Positions 26,008 through 38,300 of a stretch of DNA of 64,000 nucleotides are shown here, in pieces. Source of the stretch: a virus; the IMG/VR virus record IMGVR_UViG_3300045988_072096, one strand, 5' to 3'. The notes below the pieces were generated by a model, which was not told where the DNA came from, ran no database searches, and saw only the letters and a list, made by a program, of their open reading frames with translations. Position 1 is the stretch's first letter; each line of letters starts with the position of its first letter. The position numbers and the translations under genes were made by a program.

Positions 26008-26386
26008 AGGTAGAGTTAAGAATGCGACTAAGGTCGATAAGTATGGTCTGCATTTTCGCAGTAAACTCGAATGCTATACTTATGAAGCTTTTATGAAAGC
26101 CGGAATACCGGTTGAGTATGAGCCAAAGCATTTCACTTTACTTAATAAATTTGAGTTCAACAAAGAAAAAATCAGAGCAATTACATATCTACCTGATTTT
26201 ATTGGAAGTTACAGAAACAATAAGTTTGTAGTAGAGTGTAAGGGGATGATAACTGAATCATTCCCGCTCAGATGGAAACTTTTTAAATATTATTTAAAAC
26301 GTCATCGCAGTAAATACAAATGCTATATGGTACGTAATCATAAGCAAGTTGACGAGATGATAAACGATATTAAAAATGGAGCATAA
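25994..26386 (+). CDS. PD-(D/E)xK nuclease (endonuclease I / DUF1064-like, possible junction resolvase)
   Basis: Motif YLPDF ... VVECKG. Confidence 0.7.
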   Translation: MPKSEGRVKNATKVDKYGLHFRSKLECYTYEAFMKAGIPVEYEPKHFTLLNKFEFNKEKIRAITYLPDFIGSYRNNKFVVECKGMITESFPLRWKLFKYYLKRHRSKYKCYMVRNHKQVDEMINDIKNGA

Positions 26387-26516
26387 AGAAATACGCCGTG
26401 AGATAACTCAAGTACGATTACAAATAATAAATGCTTTACGTAGTATGAATGCTATAGAAGTAAAAAATTGTATAAAACGACTTAAAGAGTTAGATCGCAA
26501 ACTTTATGACGAATAA
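26376..26516 (+). CDS. Possible 46-aa coiled-coil ORF (below the track threshold)
   Basis: Hand translation gives MEHKEIRREITQVRLQIINALRSMNAIEVKNCIKRLKELDRKLYDE. Overlaps the upstream stop. Confidence 0.35.
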   Translation: MEHKEIRREITQVRLQIINALRSMNAIEVKNCIKRLKELDRKLYDE

Positions 26517-26527
26517 CTTAGACTAAT

Positions 26528-27538
26528 ATGATGGATTTATCAATCCCATACTACGAGGATCTTACCCGTATAAGTAATTCAAACATAGGCTGGTTTCTGA
26601 ACAGGGGACCAGCCTATTTACATAAAATGCTATCTGGCAAAGGTGAAGAGGAAAAATCTTTAGCTTTGACTAAAGGTACCATGATACATGAGTATCTTTT
26701 ACAGCCTGAAGAATTCCAAAAAGACTATGTAGTCTGGGATAAAAGTAGACCTTCTTCTGTACAAGAAGAAATGTTCTGTCAGGAATTAGCGGATAGCATT
26801 GAAATAGAACCAAATAAAGCCCTTATAAGCGCATATAAAGCAGCTTACAGTACAAGTGGAAAGAGCGACGATAAAGTCCTCTCAGAAGCCATTAAAAAGG
26901 CCTCTACGCTTAAGGATTATATTGACTTTAAGAAGTCAGGAGATAGGCGAGAGATGATTACTAATTATCAGGCTATGCAGCTCCAGACAATTAAATCTAA
27001 TATATCTAAACATAAAGCAGCTTCAAAACTATTAAAACCAGCAGACAATGAAAAAGTTTTTCATGAATTTCATATCAATTGGACGTACAGTAGTTCGTCA
27101 AATGGCAAAGACGGTATTATTACTTGCCGTTGTAAGTCTTTACTTGATAGCGTTACCTTTAATTTTGATAAGAAACAAGTTACTCTAATGGACTTGAAGA
27201 CAACATCTCATTTACACAATTTTGCAGATGCTGTCAATACGTATGATTATACAAGACAATTGTATTATTATACATTAGCATTATACTGGTACCTTAAAAA
27301 TGAATTACATGAAAATCCAGATAGTTGGAAATTTAGCTGGTATATCATAGCCATAGATAGTTTTACATCCGATATCCGTGTGTTTGAATTTGATGAAGAT
27401 CAAATATATTATGAAAAAAACAACATTGATAGAGTAGATTGTGCAATACGAGACATAGTATGGCACATGGAAAATAATCTATGGGAACATAGTAGAGCGT
27501 ACTATGAGGGAACAGGAGTCGAAAAATTGAACCTATGA
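26528..27538 (+). CDS. PD-(D/E)xK (RecB/RecE-like) exonuclease
   Basis: Motif VTLMDLKTTS together with upstream GTMIHEYLL. Confidence 0.7.
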   Translation: MMDLSIPYYEDLTRISNSNIGWFLNRGPAYLHKMLSGKGEEEKSLALTKGTMIHEYLLQPEEFQKDYVVWDKSRPSSVQEEMFCQELADSIEIEPNKALISAYKAAYSTSGKSDDKVLSEAIKKASTLKDYIDFKKSGDRREMITNYQAMQLQTIKSNISKHKAASKLLKPADNEKVFHEFHINWTYSSSSNGKDGIITCRCKSLLDSVTFNFDKKQVTLMDLKTTSHLHNFADAVNTYDYTRQLYYYTLALYWYLKNELHENPDSWKFSWYIIAIDSFTSDIRVFEFDEDQIYYEKNNIDRVDCAIRDIVWHMENNLWEHSRAYYEGTGVEKLNL

Positions 27539-28005
27539 GTCTTTTATACAAATTAGCAATTCCTCTTCTTGATAACGATTTACGTAAAGAGGATTTTGAT
27601 ACAAAAAAAGGATTTGTAAATGCATATTCATATAATAAGAATAGACCAGATTTAAATAATCATGTATTCTTACTATATGATGCATCTATTCATGATCCTG
27701 AACGTGAATATAGATTTATTAAATTAAAGAATTTATATAAGCGTTACGTTGAGTACATCGGAGATAAACCGTATTACATTTACGTATTTCCGTGTATAGA
27801 AAAAGATTTAAAAAACTTATTAAGTAAAGGTGTTAAACCAAAAAACGTAAACAATTCTTCACGAATAGTCACATTTTGGTGTGGATGGGAAAAAGACGTT
27901 AGTGATTATATGTTTTATAAATCATATACATTATATAACGATTGGGAGTCCGTGCCAGAATACGACTACAGAAAAAGTGAGGCAGAATTGTTATTATGTC
28001 AATAA
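27535..28005 (+). CDS. Hypothetical protein (156 aa); last gene of the plus-strand module
   Basis: ATGA overlap with the upstream gene. TAA stop. Confidence 0.65.
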   Translation: MSLLYKLAIPLLDNDLRKEDFDTKKGFVNAYSYNKNRPDLNNHVFLLYDASIHDPEREYRFIKLKNLYKRYVEYIGDKPYYIYVFPCIEKDLKNLLSKGVKPKNVNNSSRIVTFWCGWEKDVSDYMFYKSYTLYNDWESVPEYDYRKSEAELLLCQ

Positions 28006-28011
28006 ACAAAT

Positions 28012-28056
28012 AAAGCGAGAGTATGACCAATCGGTCGTACCCTCGCTTTTTTATTT
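28012..28056. terminator. Bidirectional intrinsic terminator between the convergent modules
   Basis: AAAGCGAG..(inner GACC/GGTC)..CTCGCTTT. Flanked by a T-run on the plus strand and TTTATTTGTTT on the minus strand. Confidence 0.7.
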
Positions 28057-28112
28057 ATATCTAATTATTGTCTGTATTTTGAGAAGTTCTCGCGCCAATA
28101 GGCGGCAAAATA

Positions 28113-31100
28113 TTAAACACCAGGAAGTCTGGTATCGATAATTTCGTATCCGCCGTTTTCTTTTATTCGTTGGCGCTTTTCCTTAGCCTCTTTAACGTTC
28201 GTATAGAAATCTTTGATTGGAGAAATCTTTGTATACCATTTTAGTTTCTACTTAAGTCCAATTATACTTAGAGTAGACCACACATTATGCGTACCTAAAC
28301 TATTAAATGTATACATTAAATCTCTGAATATTTTCGGCTTGTGTTGATATGTACCATATCCTTTAACCATTTCCCATTCTTTATGTTTGATATAATATGC
28401 AATATCCTTAAATACATTAATTATATATCCTTTTTTATCCCAGTCTGAAGATGCTGCAGTAATACTGGTTATAATATCTAACAATGTATCTGGATTCAAC
28501 ATAGTCATTCTTTCAATTCCAAGACGCATTAGTATCAAATCTATTAATTGTATTTTCCAATCATCTGGATTATCTAATGCTACTTTATTATGAAACGCAA
28601 TACTAGCTCCCATTAGCACAATTATAATAGTCATTTCTGTAGCAAGTCTCTTTGCAGAATATACATCTACATCAGCAATATTTAATTTATCACGCATATC
28701 GGCAGTTTCTTGAGCGTATTGGCTTGTAAACGGATGTGTAGCAGCCCATTTTAAATACCTTAAATATTTATAATCGGTAGATTTACTGAATAAGTGAATT
28801 AAAGCATCTACTGCACGTCTAGTTGCACCACTTTCAATCATTCCAGATTGGAAATTATACATACCCATGTCTCGCGCGTATTCTTTAGATAATCTTTTAC
28901 GGTTGATCTTTTGTTCGTTTTCTTCGTATAAAGTGTCATCTTCTATTTGAAAATCTCTTCCGCCTTTCCATCTATCCCATATACCAGCTATCATAAACGT
29001 ACGCATAATAAGTGCCATTGATGATAATAGATTAGACTGCATTTTTGTAGTTTCAGTCGCACTGGGTTTTAATAAATACGTCTATATTCTATTCTAAAGG
29101 TATTTTTGTATATCCATTTCAGTTTTTTCGTCAATAGCTTTTCCATATTCATTATCTCGTTTTATCAATGCACCATTCTCAGCTTTATATGCACTAAATA
29201 ATGTATGGCTTCGCATACGTTTAAATTCGTCAATAGCCTCTTCTCGAGTCATCTATCCTGTAGAAACCATTTCTTGTATAAACTAGTCACGCCTGTAATA
29301 TTTACCATTATAATACCTATACTGTTGAAATGTAATTGCTGTACATTGTGCTCCAATCATATATTCTCCTAATGAGAATGGACACATCAGCATATCAAAC
29401 GTAAACATTTTATTCAATATAGTTTTATCGGCTCTATTATACTATATTGCGCCTTCATTATGCACGTTAAAATGATTCATAGCTGTAGGTATCATACTAT
29501 AACCATTACCTATGCTATATGATTGAGCACTTCCTATACCAGCTATCATCGATGGAACTGCGCATATTCCAGCAAATGTTCCAGATACATATTCCCACGG
29601 AGTCATGTATTTTCCAGCAACGGCTTCTACTGCTATACTAATAGCAGGGTCTATCCAGTTAATAATACCAGGTATCATAGATAAAGCTAACAGACCGGTT
29701 TGAGATAAACTTTTAATCTTAGGAACGATTTTTAAGAAAAACTTAGACTGTCTATCGTTGTATACAGCAGGATTGTTATCATCAAAATCAAAATTACGTT
29801 TTCTGTCGTAGAACTGTCTATTTATCATTCCTCTTAGAAAATCTCGTTGTCCAGTGTGCAAACTATCATTCGATTTAAGCTTATTATAAATCGTTTGGAA
29901 TAACGGTAACATTTTCGTCTTATATTTATAGTTCAACGACATTTCGTAGAATTTCATTACAGAACCGAATACGTCACCAGTTATTGAAGTCGGGTCAGCC
30001 AATCGCTAAATATATCTAACCGGAACGTTCATAGAACGAGTTCCATCTGGACGTAACTCAAAATCGCTATTAACATCAGTATCTACCTCCGTAATAGAAA
30101 AATTGCGACTAAACATATATGCACCGTTTTTTAGAATACTGAATGGATGTCTCCATCCAAATTGCCTAGACGTAGCGCCTATTTGAGGGAGTCTGTTATC
30201 GTATTCATGCAAGAATCCTATATTAGACCACGCTTCTTGCATTGTTTCCATAAGTTTGGTGTAATAGTTGTTTAAATCTTCATTTTTTGCAATTTGTTGT
30301 GCAATAGGATTAGTGTAAGATACACTACCACGACCAATCGTATTGTCAGTAAACGGCTACATTGTTACTTTTGATGTTTCGTCAAATCTGGTATCAACCC
30401 AATTAGGATCGCTATTTTCAGCATCCAACTTAGAGTATAATTGCGTAGGCTGTTTTACTAATGCATCTATCCATTTGCCATCAATGCTGACTTTACTAGC
30501 TTTAGGTGCAGTAATAGTAAAGATACTAAGCGGTTTTAATGTATTATCGTTTACGTCTTTGAACATGAATTTTGCTATTTCCTATTGTACTCTAAGTCCG
30601 TTGTTTGGATTATTAGGGTGTTCGCGCTCTATGCGCAGTCTAATAGACTGTTCTATTTTCTGTATCCACGGTGTTTTTAATCCAAATTTATCTTCGTACT
30701 AAGCAGAGATTTTTCCAAGTAATTCAGCGTATCTTTCAGCCTAGTCTTTTGATACTTTATTACCTTTAGATATTTTATATCTTTCTTTGGAGATTTGTTC
30801 ATCAAGTTTTTTAAGATTTTCAAAGAACGGTTCATAGCCATCACGAATTTTTCCATTCTCCAAATCAAATACCTTTTCAATATTAGGATACGAAATACCT
30901 TTTAATTTTATCAGAGACATAAGTTTTCTACGCTTATTCTACAAATCCTCAAGAACTTCTGATGTCCTGTTTCCAAATATTTTTGCAATTTCGTCCCATA
31001 TTTTTGGGTTAACTGCAAGATACGTATTATTCTGTTCAAATAATTGTTTATTTGCAGCGTGTTCATATGCAGCTTTATATGATTCTTCGTCTAATTTATA

Positions 31101-34100
31101 AGCGACTTTATCTTTTATAAACATTTGCCATGCAGATAATTCATCTGCAATCTTACGTTCTACAGTACCGATTTCTTTTTCTTTTCCATTAGAATCGTAT
31201 ATTGAAGATAATTGAGCCTTTTGTCTCTCTAATCTAATCAACTCACGTTGTTTCGATATTGGCAGCAAATCTGTTCTTGTAGGCCCTTCTGGAAGAGATT
31301 TTCTGATGGCATTTATATCTCGATCTATTTGTTCCTAAGCTTTCAACGTAACAGATGACAACATATCGATTCGTTTATCGTAGTAAGCCTTAGTAAATCT
31401 ACGAACACAATGCGTAGCATACCAGTCATTTAATTTGTGACGATATTTCTTTTCAATATCTTCGCATCCATCTGGAAACATTATTTGTCCATCATCATCG
31501 AATTGTAATTCATAGTCTTTATTACCTAATCTATCTGCTATCTGCTATTCTACGCCGTCTTTTCCCTATAATATGACGTTTAAGAATTTATTAAGCTCTC
31601 CATAAAACTTTCCGTAGTTGATTTCAGTAACCCAGTTACCAGTAAATCCGTTTTCATCTTTTTCCATGAAAAGTTTTTCAACATTAGTTATGAGCTCCTT
31701 CCATTTACCTCCATTTGCTGCGATGGCTTTTTTACGGAGAATATTTAGTTCTGTACCACGCTTTTTGACTTCATTATTTCTATCATTAGTAATGGTATTT
31801 ATAATATCTCCAAGCATTCTAATGACAGGTGAATTTACATGCTGAGTTAGTCCAACAAATACCTGGAACACATTCATATCTCCAAATACATTTTGGTCTT
31901 CTATCCAAGTATGCATACTATATTTCATACGTTCCTTTAAATCGGTAGAAAGGTTAACGTTTTTATCAACATAATCATCAACAAATGCATAAATCTGTTT
32001 AGATATTGCATTTTCATACAATTGCTCACAATCAGCGATAATACTTTCTATTCCAGCTTGTGATTGTGTGCCCTTTAACATATCTAACAAATGCTGTTTA
32101 ACTTCTTTTCCGTAGTATAATTCAAATGTTGGATCTGCTAATGCGCGGTTTAATTTAGATATAACATTTCTATAGAATTCAATCGTATTTTGCTTATACT
32201 CCTGTAAATCTTTAAACGTTATTTCTTTATCTTGAATTCCTTCTTTTCCTTGCTCATTTATATCAAGATACTGTATTCTGGTTTCTCCAGTATTTGGATC
32301 GACTATTTCTCTATAACACAGTCGTTTATACTTACCCAATTCTGCAGCACGTAAGATATTTATCATCTCTTCTATTTCGTCAAACGCTCTTTCTGCAAAT
32401 CTTGTTATCAGCTTAACATTCAAATCAATTTCTCCACCAGTATGCGACATATCGCGTTTATCTTGGTAAGATAGACGCTTTTTATTTAGATCTTTGACAA
32501 ATGCTTCACGTTGAACACGTATTCCTTCAACAAACTTTCTAACCTCTTCTTCTGCTAATTGCATATTCATCAAGGTTATAGGATTTTCCTAGGTCTTACG
32601 GTAAGATTTATTTCTAGATATCGTTCCTGTTATAATATTTTTTATAGCACTTTGTACTTTGTCACCAAGAAGCGCCTAATATTCTGGATTATTACGAGCC
32701 TATATTCCTTCATGTTTAGCTTCTTTCATTAACGCTTTTATGTCTTTCTTTTTGAACATTCGCTAATCGGCCATTTTAAATAACAAACGCTCTTTTTCGT
32801 TCATTTTTTGTTGCTCGTTTATTGCGAATGCTATAGCCATATTATTTAATAAAGCATTGCGTGTAAGACTATTGCGTATTTTAAATGTTTTATATAACAT
32901 TGACCCAAATCTAGTCCAAAAATGTGCAAAGAATGAATCGTTGTTTGCATAATCCATGAACTAATTGTCCATAGTTTTCATAGTAAGTAGATCGACTAAA
33001 GTTTCTTCACGTTCTTCGTCAGTCATTCCTTCTTTATTTACAGCACGTAATGCTTCTTGTACCAGTTTACTGCGCCAAAACATACGTAAATAATGGTGAG
33101 CCATCTCATGATTAAAAGTAGATGGGTCTGCTGAATTCAAAGCTATTCCTATTATATGATGCGCCATAGTCGATTTGGTATTATAATCATAATATCCATT
33201 TGCATCATCTAGATATTCAAAGAATTGAACTAATAGCGAATCCTTCCCGTCTGCTGTCTTCCATGTGCCGTCTGACTATCTATGTAATCCAAATGCTGCT
33301 GCTAATCGTAACTATGTAGATTGCATTATTTTGCTTTGTTGCTATTCTACAAATTTATATCTAGCGTCTTCTACAGCCTACATAATGTCCGTATTTGGAT
33401 CTTTTTCCAATCTTTCTTTTACAGCTTCTACTACAAAATCATCTTCTGTTTGAGATAGTTTTGTTAAGATAGTTTCTGTTTCAGAGTCCTATTGAGATTC
33501 AGACTCAGTAGATTCAGAGTCAAGTAATTCGTCTACATTTATGGAATCATCCGCATACTTTGATACAGCCTGTTTTGCAATTTCCTATGATTGATCGAAT
33601 GTATATCCATTATTATCCAAAATCTATAATACAACGCCTTCAATCTAAGATTGTGAGTTTTTATGAATAGAGTTGTCGATAATAGATACAACATTTTCTA
33701 AAGCGTTATTAAATTTATTTTCATCATACGCAGGAATATATTTAAGTAATTCCCTAAAGTTTGGATTTGATACAAATTCTGCAATGAACTCGTGTTCGTT
33801 TTTAAGTCCATATACGTCGAGCATTGAAAAATATCTTGATTTATTAGCATTGTCGTATGCATTTAGGTAATCTACATATCCTCTAAGTACTGCTTTTATT
33901 TTAGGGTGCTCGTCTATATATCTACTAGTAACATAATGTACCGCTTCGTGTATTATAATATTACTTATGTGCGTATAACTACGAACGTTATTATTTAACG
34001 ATATGACTTGCCCGTCTTCATCGTAGGAACAAACGCCACCGATAGATTCGTATTGTTCATTGAATTTAAAAAAATAAACTTTACCGTTTGTATATCGTTT

Positions 34101-35297
34101 CAACGTACTAAGCAAACTACCAATATAAGTTTTTTGTTTGCCTTCCGGAGTAAAATTATAAATAATATTTACCAGATTGGATAGCGAATTTTCTTTTTTC
34201 AATAATCCTCTAACGAAGTCAATATTATATTTATCTTCAAATATAGCAGAGTCTCTTGCGTTTTCATATATAGCACGAGAGTTCTTAGCTAAAGAATTAT
34301 CGTATATAGAAGCATATTTAACAAACTAGTTATATAATTTGTTTTTTATCTTATCTGAAACATTTGGTTTAATATCTACTATCTACTTAATTCTTTGCAA
34401 TTTGTTATATTTTTGCTACAAAGCCATTTTATGTAAATTATGGCCTTCTATGAATATCTGTATCGCAGTATAAGCTTTGCCTTTTTGAGTCATTAATTGA
34501 TGTTTATAATGTCCAAAATACTTATTAAGCTGTGCTTCAGTTATACCTGCTTTAAACAAATTTGGAAAGAATTGTCGTATTCTCTATTGTGTTATTATAT
34601 CATAATCAGATATATCAGTAGTGTGTTTTCTTAAGAACGATAGCATGTTTTGGACATACCATTCTCCATAAACAGACGAATTGTCAAGCTATTTTTTATA
34701 CTCAGATATTTTTTCCTAAAGTACTGGTTGTAAATTTTGACATATATAGTCTATTCTATTGTACACATCGTCTAATGATACGTCACCTTCTTGTACACCA
34801 TCTAATTCATCTCTTGTAAATAAACCTACTCCAAGTAAATCTCTTACGTAGTCATTGTATCTTACTAAAAAATTACGATAATTGTCTACATCTTGCAGTT
34901 TTCTTAGTTTACCTTTTGTTATTCTAAGTTTACTAACAAAATTAACGTAATAATCCAATAAATCTTCTGGTATATGTTTTTCTATCATTCCAGAAAGTGG
35001 TTCCCTATTCTCATCTTGGAATACTGTATCCATATTAAACCAGTCACCAAATTTACTAAGGAACTATTTTGTGAACACTTTAGCTTTTGAAGCAATTGCT
35101 CCAGCTATCATTCCACCATGTATTTTAAGTAGGTCTTGAAATAGTATAGAAGGCTCCCCATTGGGAGCCATGTCTATACTGTTTCCATTATTTTTAGACC
35201 ATATATCGTAGGCACCTACTTCTCCTACAACGTCTTTAATCTAATTAAATTTCTCAGCAACTTGTGGTCTACTGAGTATTGGACACATTATTGCCAT
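28113..35297 (-). CDS. Giant late protein, 2,394 codons if TAG is read as sense (~36 TAG); carries two zincin HExxH motifs
   Basis: Ten track fragments (28248..35033) share one frame. In every gap I scanned, the only stop triplet is CTA(+). The ATG at 35297 lies 5 nt after the upstream TAA. The true stop is TAA 28113-28115. HEAVH at 33936-33950 and HEMAH at 33096-33110. Confidence 0.75.
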
Positions 35298-35302
35298 ATT
35301 AT

Positions 35303-38300
35303 TTATCCTTTACAATGTTTACGTACTGTATCATCAAATTTATCGCTTGATTTAGCTTCTTCTTTTTCATTTTGTAATTCACTTCTAGCTATCGTTAATG
35401 ATTTCGTAACTCCATCTTCATTACCTTTACGTATTATTTTAGCACTTTTTGTATTCAAGAGCTGTTTTAAGATTTTAGGATTCTATTTAAACGATTCTTT
35501 CATATTGTCAACCATCATGTCCACTGTAACCCTTACACTTTCATCTCCATATTGAGCTCTAGTGTCATTTAATGTTTGTCGCATTACAGTGTATGCTGAA
35601 GAACTATGCAATTCGTTTAATATTTTATCTTTAGCGTCTTGTGGAATCATCGAACTGTTCATTACTGCTTCACAGTAATTAGCCTGTATTACATTATCAT
35701 ACTATATACCATTTTTTGTAAATGGCCTATTATACGTATTGCCAAATTGTTCAGCGTCTTTATGAGACAGATCGATCGGTTTTACTTCTTCTATATCATC
35801 AACATCGAAGTCATCATTCAATGAAGTATCTGATTTACCTTTTTTCTCGGAAGATTCTTTTTCAGATTTTGAATATTTATCAATTAAAGCTTGCATATAA
35901 TGCAAAATCTCATCTTCATCGTTCTATAAATTCTCTGACTTCTCTAGTGATTCAAGCTTTGCTTTAAAGCCACTATAAATATCATTTGGAGATCTCTTTA
36001 TTGCATCATAATACAGTTGTTTAACCTTTTCTGCAAAATCTTTAGCACTAAGTTGTTCTTTTTGTAATTCTTTAATCCTCTCGTCTTTAACTTCAATGTC
36101 TTTAGCTCGAGATTTAAATTCATCAAGACTTTCTTCTTTTACTTCAGATTTAGCTTTATTTAAATCTTTTCTAATCTTAGTTAGTATCTTACTTAATACA
36201 CCACCTTGCTGTTCTACACCTTTAGAATTCTCATGAGAAATTGTCTTATCACCAGTATCTAGTAATGCCTTTTTAGCTTCTTCATTCTACTGGAATGATT
36301 CTGTCATATATTTGGCGAGTAATTCATTATAGTCGTCACTCCACTTATTTGTATCAAGACCTTCTATATTCTTACCATCTTTACGTGCTTGTATTGCTGA
36401 TTCATCAGAAACTTTTTGCAATTTATCAAACAGTTCTTGTCCTTCGTCTGTTAAAATAATGTTTCCAGAAGCATCTCTCTCTTTTACATATTTACCTTCA
36501 TCTGTATATAATAATTTAGTAGCCTAAATAGCGCCTTCAACAGAATTAAATTCAAACTTGCCTAACCCGTCTATAGTAGCAGTAAACTTACGCTCTGATA
36601 GATTACTAAGTTCTCTATGTTGATCGTTGCCATAATGTACGTTTACAACCTTATCATTAGTTTTCTTATCGGATTTTTCAGTAGATTTACCTTTAGATTT
36701 TTCATCAGAACGCAATTTTATACGATGATCTTCATCTATATATTTACTGATTATCTCCTGAAGTTTAGTTTTAGTGACGTCTAATTCGTTATACTCAAAT
36801 TCATCACCTAAACGTTTAATTAATTCAGTTTCAGTAAATAAAACCGGACTATTGTTGATAAGATTTGCAAATTTATCAATAAGAGTGTCTTCTGTAAATG
36901 GCTTATCTGACATCAAATGCTTACCGCTGAAGAATTTGTTTATAGCTTCTACTGTAGTATCATCATACATAACCGGTCTTGTATATTGTGGTCTAATATA
37001 ATCGTAATTATAACTTCCTGCACGCAATGTTGTAGAATTAGGTATAGTAATTGCGTATATCGGATAAACGCCTTCTCCTGCACTTGCAGTATTTAAAGGT
37101 TTTGTATCTACAAGGCGATACAGTATGAAATTATCTGGGTCATATTTATCAAATCCGCGTTGTCTTACTTTTATAAATAACGGGAATTCCTACATTCCAG
37201 TTTTTTCATTCATAAAAGGTTTTATTGTAGAAATACGTTTTCCGTCTTTAGGGTTTGTTTTTACACATGCCATTAATAAATTGACAGTCTTAGATTTTGA
37301 TCTTGTGATAAAACTAGGTTTCCCGCCAGATTTACGCTGTTTCTGCACTAATATTTTCTTTGTAGAAACAGCTTGTGTGTAAAACGAAGCCTGCCATGAT
37401 TTATAACGTTTAGTTCTAAATTCACGTACGATTTGTGGATCTGTCCAGTTATTATAACAAATCATTGCGTACATTTCATCAGAATCCATCGGATAGGTTC
37501 CATCCTTAAAGTCGTCTTGTGCATTCGCCATTAAATCATTATATCCAGAATCAATTCTAATTGTGTTTGGAGCATACTTAAAGAACTTAGTTCCGCCTGT
37601 AGTGTCACCAGAAGTGTAAAACGCATATACAAATAGGTTTTCAGCAAATTGCTTAAATGTAATTTTCTGTTCTCCGTATTCTATGTAATGTTCTTCATCG
37701 TGATAGAGTTCGTCCCATGCGCGTTCTATTGCATTAGCGTTGTCACTATCATCGAGAACTGCATTTTCCAATTTTATGAATTTTGGATTAGCATACCCTT
37801 CTCTTTCTTGATATACGTCAGCCTATAATGCTTTTAATAGGGGATTTATTATAGTTCCATTAACACCATAACTTGCAAACGAACCTTTCTTGTCATTTCT
37901 GATTTTATTCTATATCTTAAGTAGCTGATCTTGAATTGTATTATCGCCAAAAAACAAGCTTTCAGCATAATCCATAGCTGTCATTCCTCTATCTTCTGCA
38001 TAGTCAGAGACGATGTCATCATCAAATATAAGCTATTTGACAACTTTCATCATACATCTTGATACTTTTTTGCTCAATTCTTTATTTTGTTCAGAAGAAT
38101 GGAACTTTGCCATAAGATCACTATGCATGTCTCTATATTGTTCAGTTCCTTGCATAGAAATTTGACTAATTATACGTTCATATAAGCTTAATGCATTATT
38201 CGTCTTTTCCCCAATAAACGATTCGTTTTTAAGTCTATTAAGACCGTATTGTTCAAACAGTCTGTCATCGTTATCAAACACATCGTTGTATTTTGACTTA

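Noticed and set aside
36391-36402. Minus-strand CTGATGA occurrences inside late genes (for example 36391 and 46931) as further hammerheads
   Set aside because: There is no downstream GAAA with stem II and stem III partners, and the sites are embedded in coding sequence.
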